Below, piece by piece: positions 49,401 through 60,634 of a stretch of DNA of 64,000 nucleotides. Under the pieces are notes generated by a model. That model did not search any database, was not told the origin of the DNA, and saw only the letters and a program-made list of their open reading frames with translations. The position numbers and the translations under genes were made by a program. The DNA is from Fonticula alba ATCC 38817. Lineage: Eukaryota; Protista; Nucleariida. The stretch lies in NCBI GenBank assembly GCA_000388065.2, contig KB932202.1. One strand, 5' to 3'. Each line of letters starts with the position of its first letter. Within the stretch, counting starts at the first letter, position 1.

Positions 49401-49980
49401 CGAGCGCGAGAAGGCCGCCTCCGTTGGTGATACCACGGCTGCGGCAAGGCTGACCACCCCGCGGCGCCGGCTGTCTATTCACCTGCCGGAGGAGGAAGTT
49501 CCCGAGGCCCCGCGGCGCTTTGCCTATGGCCGACTATCTGCCCCCGCGGTGGCCAGTGTCCCGAGTGACCAGCTTGACGCCCTGCGCAGCTACGAAGAAA
49601 AGTATGCCCAAGACATGAAGGCTCACTCGGCCTGGTACCAGGTCTACGGGGAAGACCAGATCGCCAAGGCGTTTGTCAGCCGGCCAACCGACGAGGCCGC
49701 GGCCGCCAGCCCGCAGGCCAAGACCCCGGAGCGGCCACTGGTCACGCCGGAGCGGCCATCAACGCCGCCGACTCGGTCGCCCCGCGTCGCGGCTCTGGCG
49801 GCCGCCACCGGCAACATCACCGGCCCGACGGCCTATTCCTCATCATCACCCGTGACCGAGCAGTCGAAGCCGGCTTCTCCGGCCCCTGATGCGCAGTCGA
49901 CCAGCCGGCAGAAGGCCCCGGCTTTTGCCCGGCCAACCGTCCCGGATGGGTCGCTGCCTGACGGCTTCCGTTCAAAGTAG
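46407..49980 (+). CDS. Pentatricopeptide-repeat (PPR) protein, putative mitochondrial, 5 exons, ~959 aa
   Basis: Model join(46407..46708,46857..47073,47209..47993,48225..48814,48995..49980) is 2880 nt; the first donor is uncertain. PPR-type repeats include PTTIHYNLIIQA, PSSTTFVLLLKSC, DIRVFNAFTHSL and PDARTYSSMLTA..IMGDVNGALRLYE. The N-terminus MLSRLGPNLGRAARATAVRCLR is presequence-like. Confidence 0.85.
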
Positions 49981-50507
49981 ACGCGGCTTATCCTCTTCCT
50001 TTTTTTTTCCCCACGGCCGCCACCATGAGCTCCCTCCCGCCCCCTCCTGCATCCATCTCGCCTTTACTCTCCCCGTCTTGTCCTTCTTTCGCCGTCCTCC
50101 CCCCCCCCCCTTCCCCTTTTTATAGACCACCTTTGTGTGCCCCTGCTTCCTCCCCCCCCCCCTCCCTTGCCTGGCAGGTTGGGTTCGCGCATCTGCCACC
50201 CATTTGCCCTTCCTCTGCTGGCCGCTGTCACCCTCCCTACCCCCCGTGCCGGCATCTGGATGCTGCGTCGTGTGCATTCCGCCTCCCCTCCCTTCCCCCT
50301 CGACTCTTTGTCATCCGGCCCACATGCATCCGTGCTGTATGAAGTTGAAGAATCACCAACCCCGTGGGTGTCAGTTTTTGCAATACACACCTGAATGGAA
50401 AAGAAACGAGAGCAAGATCCCTGGTATTCCCATTCGCAGCAGGGGAGGGGAGCCAGATGTGGACGGGCCAATGGGTACAAAGAGGGGGGAGGAAGGAGGG
50501 CCTCTTG

Positions 50508-51872
50508 TCAGCAAAGGTCCAGGAGGATTTCACGGAGCTCCTCGGATGCCTCGTTGACAATGTCGTTACACTCAAGAAGCCTGGTCGAGCGAAAGGAGGG
50601 AGGGGGGGAGGGGGGGGGGGGTGAGCTGAGGGGCAGAGAAAGAGGCAAAGGCAGGGGAAGAGAGGTGGGCAATAGGCAATCGAGGGGGCTAGGCAATGCA
50701 GCACGGACGCACTCCTGGTTCAAGGTTTGCACTGTGGGACAGGCACGGATGCTTCGAAGCAGGCCATCACATGCGCGCCGGACATCCGAGATGACGGCCT
50801 CATTCATGGCCAGCTGTGAGAGGGAATCCGCCAGGTTGTGATGGTGATGCTCGTGCTCGTGCCCGTGCTCGTGCCCATGGCTGTGCTCGTGGCACTCGGG
50901 CGGAGAGTGCTCCGTCCCCGGGTCCGATGGGGCTGGTTGCGGGGCCGCCCCGTCGCTGGTCAAACTCTCGAGGAGAGGGTCGCGCGCCCCGGCAAGGCGC
51001 TCGGCCAGCGGCAGCAGCTCGAAGTGTCGCTCGGACTGGGAGACCCAGGGCTCCCAGGCCGACTCGCTGAGGAGCTCGGACAGCGGATCGTCCGGGTCGG
51101 GGAGCGTCTCAATCGCGTACAGCCCATCGTCGCCACCCAGGTCGGCCATCCCCCGGGCGCGGAAGTGCAAGGCATATTCGTGAAGGGCCTGCATGGCGAG
51201 GTGGATCTTGGCGGTCTTTCGGAACGGAGGAGGCCCACCGGCGGTGCCAGCCGGAGACGGAATGTCAAAAGAGGTGGCGGCAGGCGGGAGAAGGAGCGGC
51301 GAACGGGTGGGCACATATTCGGCATCGAACACGCACGAGGGAAAAGCGCTGCCCCTCGGCCACCTGGAGCCGGCGGTACAGGAGGAAGGCACGACCGATT
51401 GTGCGGGTTTCCGGGCTGGAGTCGGAGGCAGCCAGAGATCCGACATCCTCCGGGGACAGTCCCTGCGCCTGAAGCAGCGCGGCCCACTGGGCATTGATGG
51501 AATTGGAAATGCGAGAAAACTCGCGGATCAGATTTCCACATTCCAGCTGATACGGGCCCTGGCGCTTGGATGTGAGCAGCATGCGAAAGACACTTCGGGG
51601 GAGGGTAGGTGAGCAACCCGGCGGTGAGCTGGATGTGTGCGTGTGCGTGTGCGTGTGCGTGTGCGTGTGCGTGTGCGTGTGCGTGTGAAAGAGGGAGAAG
51701 GCCTGCGGAGGAGGGCATCAGAGGGGGGAGGGAAAGCGCACACTTCCCAGCGCCGATAATGATAGGCGCGCTCCTGCTGCAGGGACAGGAGCTGGCGGAT
51801 GCAGGCGCCAAGTGGCTGATCCCCGGCCGAGGGGGAGTTGGTGCTGGCAGGTGCCGCGTCAAGGACGGACAT
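50508..51872 (-). CDS. REX1-B (Required for excision 1-B) domain protein with His-rich insertion, 4 exons, ~320 aa
   Basis: Model complement(50508..50580,50713..51215,51337..51592,51742..51872) is 963 nt. LLSLQQERAYHYRRWE, EFSRISNSI, RRLQVAEGQRFSLTAKIHL and LLECNDIVNEASEELR match the REX1BD pattern (Q.ERV..Y..FEE; F..IS.E; LQ..E..RL.L; INE.LEELR). Confidence 0.7.
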
Positions 51873-53425
51873 TGTGGGCTGACGCGCTTGTGGTCACGCT
51901 TGATCCAAGGCTCCTAGCAGGAGAGACGGGGCAAGGAGGGGGGGGGGGGGGGGGGGGAGACAAGGTGATGGGATGCTTTGGCGCCAGGCACTCGTGTACA
52001 TCTGGCCAGTACCCTGTCATCAAAAGAATGGCACCCACCTTCAGAGGGGGCGAAACGCGGCATGAGTCTGCCGCGCTTACTTGTGCCTGACCGGGGCGGG
52101 GAGAAGCGCATGCGAGCGAGGGGCACAGGGCAGGATTGGTAAGGTGTCGATTTCTCGCTTACCTTCTCGCTCTCTCTGGCCCTCTGTCTCTCTCTCTCTC
52201 GCTGCCTCTGTCTGTCTTACGCCAGGGTCGGCCGATCAAGGTCCGGCATCTCGCCTTCGAGACCAGGGCGGGCGATGTCGACATGTGATATTGTGTCAGA
52301 ATCAGCCTACAATCCCGTAGCCATGTCGATGTGGAGTGGTGTCCCAAGTCGCCCAGCCGAATCATGTGTGTAAAGGGTGTCCCGCGTGGTCTTCGTGTGG
52401 GGCTATGGGGTTTGAATAGCATTCCTCCTGGGGATGCGGGGCAAGATCGACAGGCGCGGAAGGCCGCCGAGCGCAGTGCCGGCTACGGCTGCCCAAGAAA
52501 GGGCGGAGATGCGCCTACAGGCGCGGTTCTCAGATCCACCCCTCGACCTATCCAAGGCCGAAAGGGGCACCCCCTCCGGGAGCCTCCGAAGAGCGAGAAG
52601 ACCTTGGTAGCTTGCCTGGGATGAATGCATTCGAGTGTATGCGAGAGCATCCCCTTGAAGCCTCAGCCCAGCTAGCGAGTGTCTGTTCTAAGGCTCCCTC
52701 TCGAACTCCCATTTGTCACGCGAATTGCCTCCTCTTTTGCTTACCTGCTAACTCGCCCTCCGGCTGAGTTACCGTACTCTCGGCACAGGTAGCCTCATCC
52801 CCCCCCCCCCCCCCCCGGTTCGGTACACTCTCCTTCATGCCCAGAGTGGGCCCGGACCTGTTGTAACATTTCCGGTATGGCCACCGTCAAAGCCTCGCTC
52901 CTTTGACGTAAGACTGGATCCGTGAGAACTCAACTACCCGACACGTGCCATGGGCGTGGCCAGATCTTGGCAATTCGCACGCGCGCCCTCGAACGAGGGC
53001 AAGTGCCCACGCATGGGGCTGAAATGCCAAGATCGCCTCGCAGAGGTTCACCCGCTCGGGCCCGGATCTGCACCGGCCAATGTGGTGGGGCCATCCACAC
53101 AGGGGGGGACCTGAGCTGGACTGGCATGACGGACTAGGGCGAAGGGACATGGAAAATTCGGCCAGGAAGGAAGTCCGCAGCGAGGAACGACCAAGTCCCC
53201 CCGGCGCCCCCTCCCCCTCCCTGTCTCGTCCGCGAAGGAGACATCCTTTGGAATCGAGGTGCAACCAAAGCCCCCCTTTTTGGCGAGCCGGTCCACACAG
53301 GATTGCCCATCGCCCAGGCATCACAATATCGACCCCCCCCCCCCCTCCCTCCCTCTCCCTCTCTTCCCTCTCCCCCCCCCCCCTTCCCACCTCCTTTTCT
53401 TATTGGCTGCCCAACCACAACCAGC

Positions 53426-56400
53426 ATGCTGTGTCTCCGCCAGGTGCGCTGGTCGGGGCAGGGATTGCGAGGCCATGTCCTGACACCTGCACTCTGCTCA
53501 GCACGGCGAGTCCTCTTCAGCTCCTCTTCGGAATCGCCTCAAGATGAGCCCACCATAACTCGCAACGGCCCCCCGGCCTTCTTCCTCGGAAAGGAGTTGG
53601 CGCATACTTTCGCTCCTCCCCCTGAGAAGCCCGCGCGGTACACTCTCCGAGGGCCCTTCCTTGGGCAGCCCTACGATTCCCTTCTGCCGGATGGTGCGTC
53701 ATTTTGTTCTGCCTCCCTCATTGGCCATCCTTCTCTCCCATTCCCGGCTCGCTGCTTGTCCACTTTGCTCCTGTTGACCATTTCTCCCCCCCCCCCTCCC
53801 CCTCCCTGCTCTCCGCCCACCCCTGGGGGGTGGTATTTGGCTCATGATCAGATCCCTGCCCCGCTCCCTGTCCTGAGGGACATCTCCAGTCCCAGACGAA
53901 TTCGATTGCCCTCGGCGAATACCTCACAAAGATGTCCTCCCAGAATTTGTCCGATCTGCACTCGATCATGGATCGTATCCAAACGTCCCTTTTCGAGTGC
54001 AGCCTCGAATGTACGTACCGCTCGCATGACGCGGGGGAGCCTTCACTCTGGCGGTCCATTTGCATTGCCACATATGCAATCACAAACAGACACTTATCCA
54101 TCTGGGTTGTTTTTTTTTTTTCATTTTCCCCCCTCCCCTCCCCCTTCCTATCTGGACGCTCCGGCATCTAAGATAACTCCCAGCTTCTGCTTGATGTGTC
54201 TGGGTCGTTCGTTTCGTCCCTGGCTTCGCCAACCTCAGACATCGATCTCTGTGTCTTGGTTGCCTCGCGCGGCGAAAAGGCCTTCCCCGGGTGGTGGATC
54301 CAACCGGCGTCCGGCCTGCTGAGGGGGCATCCGATGCAACGCTACAATCACGATCTGACCACGATCATGGAGACGATGCGCTTTAAGCACCAGCAATTTA
54401 TCGCACAAACCTCCACCCTCCCCATTCCGGAGAAGCCCTTCGACCTGGAGCAGCTGCACATTTTGGAGCCCTTCCTGCGGAAGTGTGCGTTCTGCCCTCT
54501 TGCCCATGACCAAATACCTCTCGGCTGCCCCTGCCTGTCTTCCCCTCTCCTCTCCTTGCCCTCCCTTTCATTGGGTGTTCTCCACATTCTGCACATCGGG
54601 CAATCTGTCCTTTCCCATGACACCGCCATACACCCACAGGGTGCGAAGACTGCCCGTGACACCGGACTGACACCCCATCCTGCCCGTGCCATTCCCAGGC
54701 GGTATCTTCATCGTTGAACATCGGGTCTCTTCCTTCCCCATGATCAAGCTCATCGACACCCAGACGTACGTCCACACCGAGACCGAGGAGCATGCGCGCT
54801 TTTTTGCATATGTATCTTTTTCCAAAGCCATATCTATCCAGAGGACGGGGGACGGCCACAGTCCGAGACAGCTTGCCAGCGGCCTTTCTTGTGATTTATG
54901 CTAATCCCCCCCCCCCCCCCCCCCGCGCGCGCGCCTTCGATGGCTCGTCGCTTTCGGGACACAGTCAGCGCAAGATCGACCTTGGCTTCAGTGACATCCT
55001 TCCTGTCATCAATTCCCGGCTCATCAACTCCCTTATGTGCCTCGACCGGCGCTTCCATCTGACCACGCAGCTAGTGCGCGAGTGGGCAAGTCGCCGAGAT
55101 CTTGCCGGGGCCACACGCGCCCGGCTGTCTTCCTATGCCCTCACTCTGATGGTGTACAATATCTTTCGCCTCTACCCGGGCGAGGGTTATGCAGACATGG
55201 AGACTCAGTCCGTTGGCCGGTACCAGCCTACCAGGGAACGCCCCCTGCCGGACTTGATCTATGCCTCGTGTCCCGGGGAGCAGGCTGGCCAGTCGACCCC
55301 CAGGCCGCTGCCTATGTCCAGCATGTATCTGCCTCCCTCCCCGGCTGATGGGCAGGGTGTGTCGGACACCAGCACGTGCCCCTTGATGCCGGACCTTTTC
55401 CAGGTCGGAGCGACCTTGGTGAACCTGGAAAATCAGTTGAAAGTCCCGCAGTCGACATTGGTCGCCATGAACCTCAGGCTGCCCTACTGGATAAGGATGT
55501 CCCTGGTTCAGGCACACTCGGGAGAGTATGACGCCACTTTCTTGAAGGATCGAGTCTGCTTGATATTTGCCTGGATGACGCCACCACCGCCGAGGAGTGC
55601 GTTGGAGGGCCTGCCTCAGGTCTCCTCGGAACTGCTTCGGCGCATCGCCGAAGAGGAGGCCGAAGAGGCCCGGCTGTCGCATGACCTTCGCATCCGGCGG
55701 CGCTTGATGAAGCTTTACATGCGGACACTTGTGTTTGGCGACTGGCGGCCTTCTCAGTGGACCACCCACTTCTCCAAGTCGGGCTTCCATGTGGACGGGC
55801 AGCGTGACGACGAGGCCTCCCAGGACGATGTCACACCGCTCCTTTGGCGCTTCTTCCATTTCTATCGTCATGCCCAGCTCCATCGGCTTTCCTTCTTGAC
55901 GAGCCCCCTGACTTCGACCCCGGTGCTCACGGTCCCGAGCTTGTATGAGGCCTCCGGCAGTGCTGATTTGCATGAGCTCATTGCTCATACATTCAACATT
56001 CACTCCCGGAGCTCCATCCATCCGCGGCCTCTCAGTCAGGCGTCCCTGGAGGAGACCCTGGGCCAAGATGATGTGCGTGTGGCTGTCATATCGTGCTGCT
56101 GGGGGGGCAGGGGTGATGGGAAGGGGACTGGGGACTCCTGTGTAGCCCTTCCGCGTGCAGAGTCAAAGCCCCATACACTTGGGATTGAGTGCCTGGCCCA
56201 TACACCCTCTCTCTCTCTCTCTCACCCTCTCTCTCTCTCTCACCCTCTCTCTCTCTCTCTCCCTCTCTCACCCTCTCTCACCCTCCCTCCCTCCCTCCCT
56301 CCCTCCCTCCCTCCCTCTCTCACCCTCTCTCTCCCTCCCTCCCTCCCTCTCACTCTCACCCTCTCTCTCCCTTTGCTACCTCCCTTGTTCTTTTGCAACA

Positions 56401-56990
56401 GTCGACGCCGTACGATCTCAGCCTCCTTCGTGAGTTCATTGTCGATCGGAATGCCGATTTGATGATTCTTCAGGATCCATTCGTCAAGCGGCGTAATGTG
56501 ACGATGCACTTCAGGGCCAGCACGTACGTTCCAGCTCATGCCCTGACTATGCCACTCAAGAGTTGGTCTTGGGACCGGGGAGGTTGTACTTGCTGGGAGA
56601 CGCGATTGCCTCCTCTCATGTTGTATTCCACCCTCTCACGCTGTCCGTGTTTGTTTCTTCTTCAGATTTAACCTGTTCCGCTATGAGTGCGAACGGGCTC
56701 TTCGCATCCTCGGTGACGATTCTCCGGAAGCCTTGCAAAAGGTGAAATACCTGCCCTTCGAAAGGAGCTGCTCCACTCAGCCCATTGCGACCAGCTTCCG
56801 CTTGGCTCGACTGCTCTTAGACACAACCGCTGAGGCCAATCAGCCCACCCCCAGTGTGACAATCAATCCGAGCATGCGCGAGTGGAAGTTCTCCCCTCCG
56901 CGCAGTGCCATTCTGCAGAATCTCCGCCGGAGCCGCGAGCGGATCAACCTTCAGGCCTTTGAGAAGAGCCGCCTCTCCCCCTTAAACTGA
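53426..56990 (+). CDS. Non-canonical poly(A) polymerase / terminal nucleotidyltransferase (Cid1/GLD-2/mtPAP family), putative mitochondrial, 7 exons, ~786 aa
   Basis: Model join(53426..53693,53852..54010,54173..54484,54699..54765,54965..56072,56402..56523,56666..56990) is 2361 nt. It has the Pol-beta signature SGSFVSSLASPTSDIDL, a third Asp in KIDLGF, NSRLI, LSSYALTLMV and the nucleotide-recognition motif LQDPFVKRRNV. The N-terminus MLCLRQVRWSGQGLRG..RRVLFSS is presequence-like. Confidence 0.85.
56207..56370 (+). repeat. (CT)n/(CCCT)n microsatellite in an intron of the nucleotidyltransferase gene
   Basis: Directly visible. Confidence 0.9.
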
Positions 56991-59900
56991 CAAACCCCCA
57001 TCATGTGCTGCCCCCATGTTGTCCCCCCCCCCCCCCCCGCGCGGTGGGGATCGAAGGTAGGCGCAGGGAGGGTCGCCTGTATGCCGGGCTCGCGACCGTG
57101 CGCTCCCCACGCAGCCCGGAAATATACCCGCAATGGACAAGAAAAGAGAGTGGTCTCCTGATCGGCGGGTGGCGGATCTGTCCGTGTGATTCGCGATACG
57201 TGATCATCCCCTCGGGGCCGGCAGCCGGGAAAATGCGCCGTCTGTGTTCGTGGCCCCCCCCCCCCGCCTCCCCTACTCCCCTACTCCCCATGGGGGGAGG
57301 GGGGGGGGGCGGTCTGGGGCTCTCCACGACACGGGTCCGGGGAGAGGTCCCCCGGGGTGCCCGGGGCGCACTTTTCTTCGCCGTGCGGCGAGGCTGCCGA
57401 TTTGAGCCTCCTCGCCAGGACCTACGGTCTGGGTCCCCGCGGTCGCCCNNNNNNNNNNNNNNNNNNNNNNNNNNNNNNNNNNNNNNNNNNNNNNNNNNNN
57501 NNNNNNNNNNNNNNNNNNNNNNNNNNNNNNNNNNNNNNNNNNNNNNNNNNNNNNNNNNNNNNNNNNNNNNNNNNNNNNNNNNNNNNNNNNNNNNNNNNNN
57601 NNNNNNNNNNNNNNNNNNNNNNNNNNNNNNNNNNNNNNNNNNNNNNNNNNNNNNNNNNNNNNNNNNNNNNNNNNNNNNNNNNNNNNNNNNNNNNNNNNNN
57701 NNNNNNNNNNNNNNNNNNNNNNNNNNNNNNNNNNNNNNNNNNNNNNNNNNNNNNNNNNNNNNNNNNNNNNNNNNNNNNNNNNNNNNNNNNNNNNNNNNNN
57801 NNNNNNNNNNNNNNNNNNNNNNNNNNNNNNNNNNNNNNNNNNNNNNNNNNNNNNNNNNNNNNNNNNNNNNNNNNNNNNNNNNNNNNNNNNNNNNNNNNNN
57901 NNNNNNNNNNNNNNNNNNNNNNNNNNNNNNNNNNNNNNNNNNNNNNNNNNNNNNNNNNNNNNNNNNNNNNNNNNNNNNNNNNNNNNNNNNNNNNNNNNNN
58001 NNNNNNNNNNNNNNNNNNNNNNNNNNNNNNNNNNNNNNNNNNNNNNNNNNNNNNNNNNNNNNNNNNNNNNNNNNNNNNNNNNNNNNNNGGGGGGGGGGTG
58101 GAGTTGCCTGGACACGGGTGCCTTGGGCCGCGGCGGCCGGATCTCGGGCCGCGAGCTGGCTACACAACCGAGCGGGGGCCTCTCTTCGACGATCGCCGGC
58201 TTTTCCGGCGTGGCCCTCGCCCCCTCAGCAGGCTACTGCGTTGGTGCAGGCTGCTGGGTTCGGCTTCTCGGGCGATCGAGCGTTAGCCCAGCGCCAGCAA
58301 CCAGGCAGTTGCCGACTCCCGATTAGAATGCCAGCAGGTCGGCCATATGGCTTCCTGCGTATACACCCACCTGGCATCCGGCCTCTGTGAGATTACCGTG
58401 CGCGGATTCAGAGAGACAGAGAGAAAGGCAGAGAGAGAGACTGTGACGAGAGGACTCGGGGTGCAGGCCATCTCACGGGGGGGAGGGCGGGGGAAAAGGG
58501 GCGACTATCCCCCCCCCCCCCCCCTTCTGTCCCTCCTTCGAGGAGCAACGAGCAGCAATTGACCCGGCGCGCCAGCCGGTATTCCTTATTTCCCGAAAAC
58601 CGGGGCCCTCCCCGTCTGGGGGGCTGAGCCGACAAACAAAAACCCTCACGCAGCGGGGGATCAGGACACTCCCGCCTGGTATGCTCGTCGGGGAGGGGGG
58701 GGGGGGGGGGGGGGGGGAGCCGGAACAAACGCCCTCCGGGCCAGCGTGTGAGCGCGGGAGCCGGAGACGCGGGGGCCCGGCGGCCTCTGCGCGGACAGGT
58801 GCCTCTCGATATACACGCCCGCCATGTGCACCGCGCGCAGGCAGCTGATGCGGGCCGGGGAGAGCGCAGGGGGCTGGGAGGGATTCAGGTTCTTGAGAGC
58901 GCGTCAATTGGCACTTGTGCTCTGGCCCCCTAACGCTTTTCTCCCGGACAGCCGGCCGGACAACCAGCCGGCGCGGAGGGCGGTTCCTTTTCAGTCGCTC
59001 AGGTTGACGAAAAGTGCGAATACCTATTCTCCAGGAATATTTGACCGTCTGAGTGGCGAAGGGAAATCTCCCCGCCGGGGGGCTGCAAGAAGCCCGCCGT
59101 AGAAGCAAAGGAAGGCCCCGCTTGGCTGGTCCTCACGTTTCGTTACCCTTTGCCGCTCGCGTGAGCCCCGAGTGTGGATCTCCCCCCCGCCCGCCAGAGG
59201 GGCTGCGGAAGGCCCAGAGAAGGGACCAGGCCAGCATGCATGCCCCCCTCCCCCTCCAGCGGGTCTCGTGAAGGGAGGAAAATCCCTCTTTCACAGGGCG
59301 GCTCGAAGAAGCCGCAGCCCGGGCACCCTCCCCGGCATTGTCCCAGTGCACACCAATAAGACCTTCTCTTTACTGCCACCCCCCCGGGGGGGGGGGGGGG
59401 GCCGGGGGCGCAGCCTTGGGCCCGGATAGTTTCTTTGGGGTTCTCCCCCGGCGCGTGCTCTCCTCCGGGTCCGGGGGGGAGGGGGGGCGGGGAGAAGGGA
59501 CGGGATGGGCGATCCGGGGAGTTCGCCAGGCCCAGGCCGCGAACGGGGCCGCGAGATCCGCCCCATCCCCCAGAAAGCGGCATTCCCCAGCGCGGCCTTG
59601 AGCCTTGGAGCGGGGCGGAGGGCTGGTGCTTGAGCGGCCCCGGTACACAGTCCTTCTGTCCGGGAAACCGAGTGTCGGAATAATCCATGCCTGACCGATT
59701 GNNNNNNNNNNNNNNNNNNNNNNNNNNNNNNNNNNNNNNNNNNNNNNNNNNNNNNNNNNNNNNNNNNNNNNNNNNNNNNNNNNNNNNNNNNNNNNNNNNN
59801 NNNNNNNNNNNNNNNNNNNNNNNNNNNNNNNNNNNNNNNNNNNNNNNNNNNNNNNNNNNNNNNNNNNNNNNNNNNNNNNNNNNNNNNNNNNNNNNNNNNN

Positions 59901-60634
59901 NNNNNNNNNNNNNNNNNNNNNNNNNNNNNNNNNNNNNNNNNNNNNNNNNNNNNNNNNNNNNNNNNNNNNNNNNNNNNNNNNNNNNNNNNNNNNNNNNNNN
60001 NNNNNNNNNNNNNNNNNNNNNNNNNNNNNNNNNNNNNNNNNNNNNNNNNNNNNNNNNNNNNNNNNNNNNNNNNNNNNNNNNNNNNNNNNNNNNNNNNNNN
60101 NNNNNNNNNNNNNNNNNNNNNNNNNNNNNNNNNNNNNNNNNNNNNNNNNNNNNNNNNNNNNNNNNNNNNNNNNNNNGGGAGGGGCGCCCCCTCTTCTCGC
60201 TCTTGGTCTCTCTCGCGCGCACGCGCGCGCGCGCGCGCATGTAGACCCTGACCCATCGCGGCCCGCTCCCTCTTGGCCCCTGAGCCGGAAGAGGGGCGAG
60301 CGGGGCGCGCCTCACTCGCTCTCCTTCCTCTTTCTTTGGCACCGAGTTTGGCCCTGATCCGCGACAGTTGGGCATATTTGCCTGGGCGGACTGGCCCCGG
60401 TCTCCCAGCTCCCGGTCCACCTCCCTGCTCCTTGCTCGCGCACACACATCCCCCACGCCCGCCCTCGCCGATCGCCTCATCCCCCCCCCCTCCTTCCGAC
60501 ACCCGGCCTCCTCCCTTGCTGCCTTCCCCCCCCCCCACGTCCCTGCTAACGCGCCCATATACGTGTGCACGCATGCATACACACACGCACAGTGCCCGCG
60601 CACCTTTGCCCACCCCCCTTTCCGCGGACCATCG

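Noticed and set aside
745-49482. Many long ORFs in the supplied track antisense to real genes (e.g. 745..1668 +, 19820..21961 -, 29534..31486 +, 47116..49482 -)
   Set aside because: These are shadow ORFs caused by high GC3 on the coding strand or by runs of N, with no motifs of their own.
52552-52572. SRP RNA helix 8 (AAGGCCGAAAGGGGCAC)
   Set aside because: It lacks the conserved CAGG/AGCAG internal loop, and no convincing helix 6 or Alu domain was found.
52739-52792. U1 snRNA (CTTACCTG)
   Set aside because: The U1 5' motif is not followed by stem-loop I (GAUCACGAA), loop II (AUUGCAC) or an Sm site.
59061-59530. RNase MRP/P RNA (GGAAATCTCCCC resembles CR-I)
   Set aside because: There is no matching CR-V (AC...GGGGCU.A) at a plausible distance, and the interval is interrupted by poly-G.
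57000-60600. ORFs spanning the two large gaps near the right end
   Set aside because: They are open only because of N runs and have no recognisable domain.
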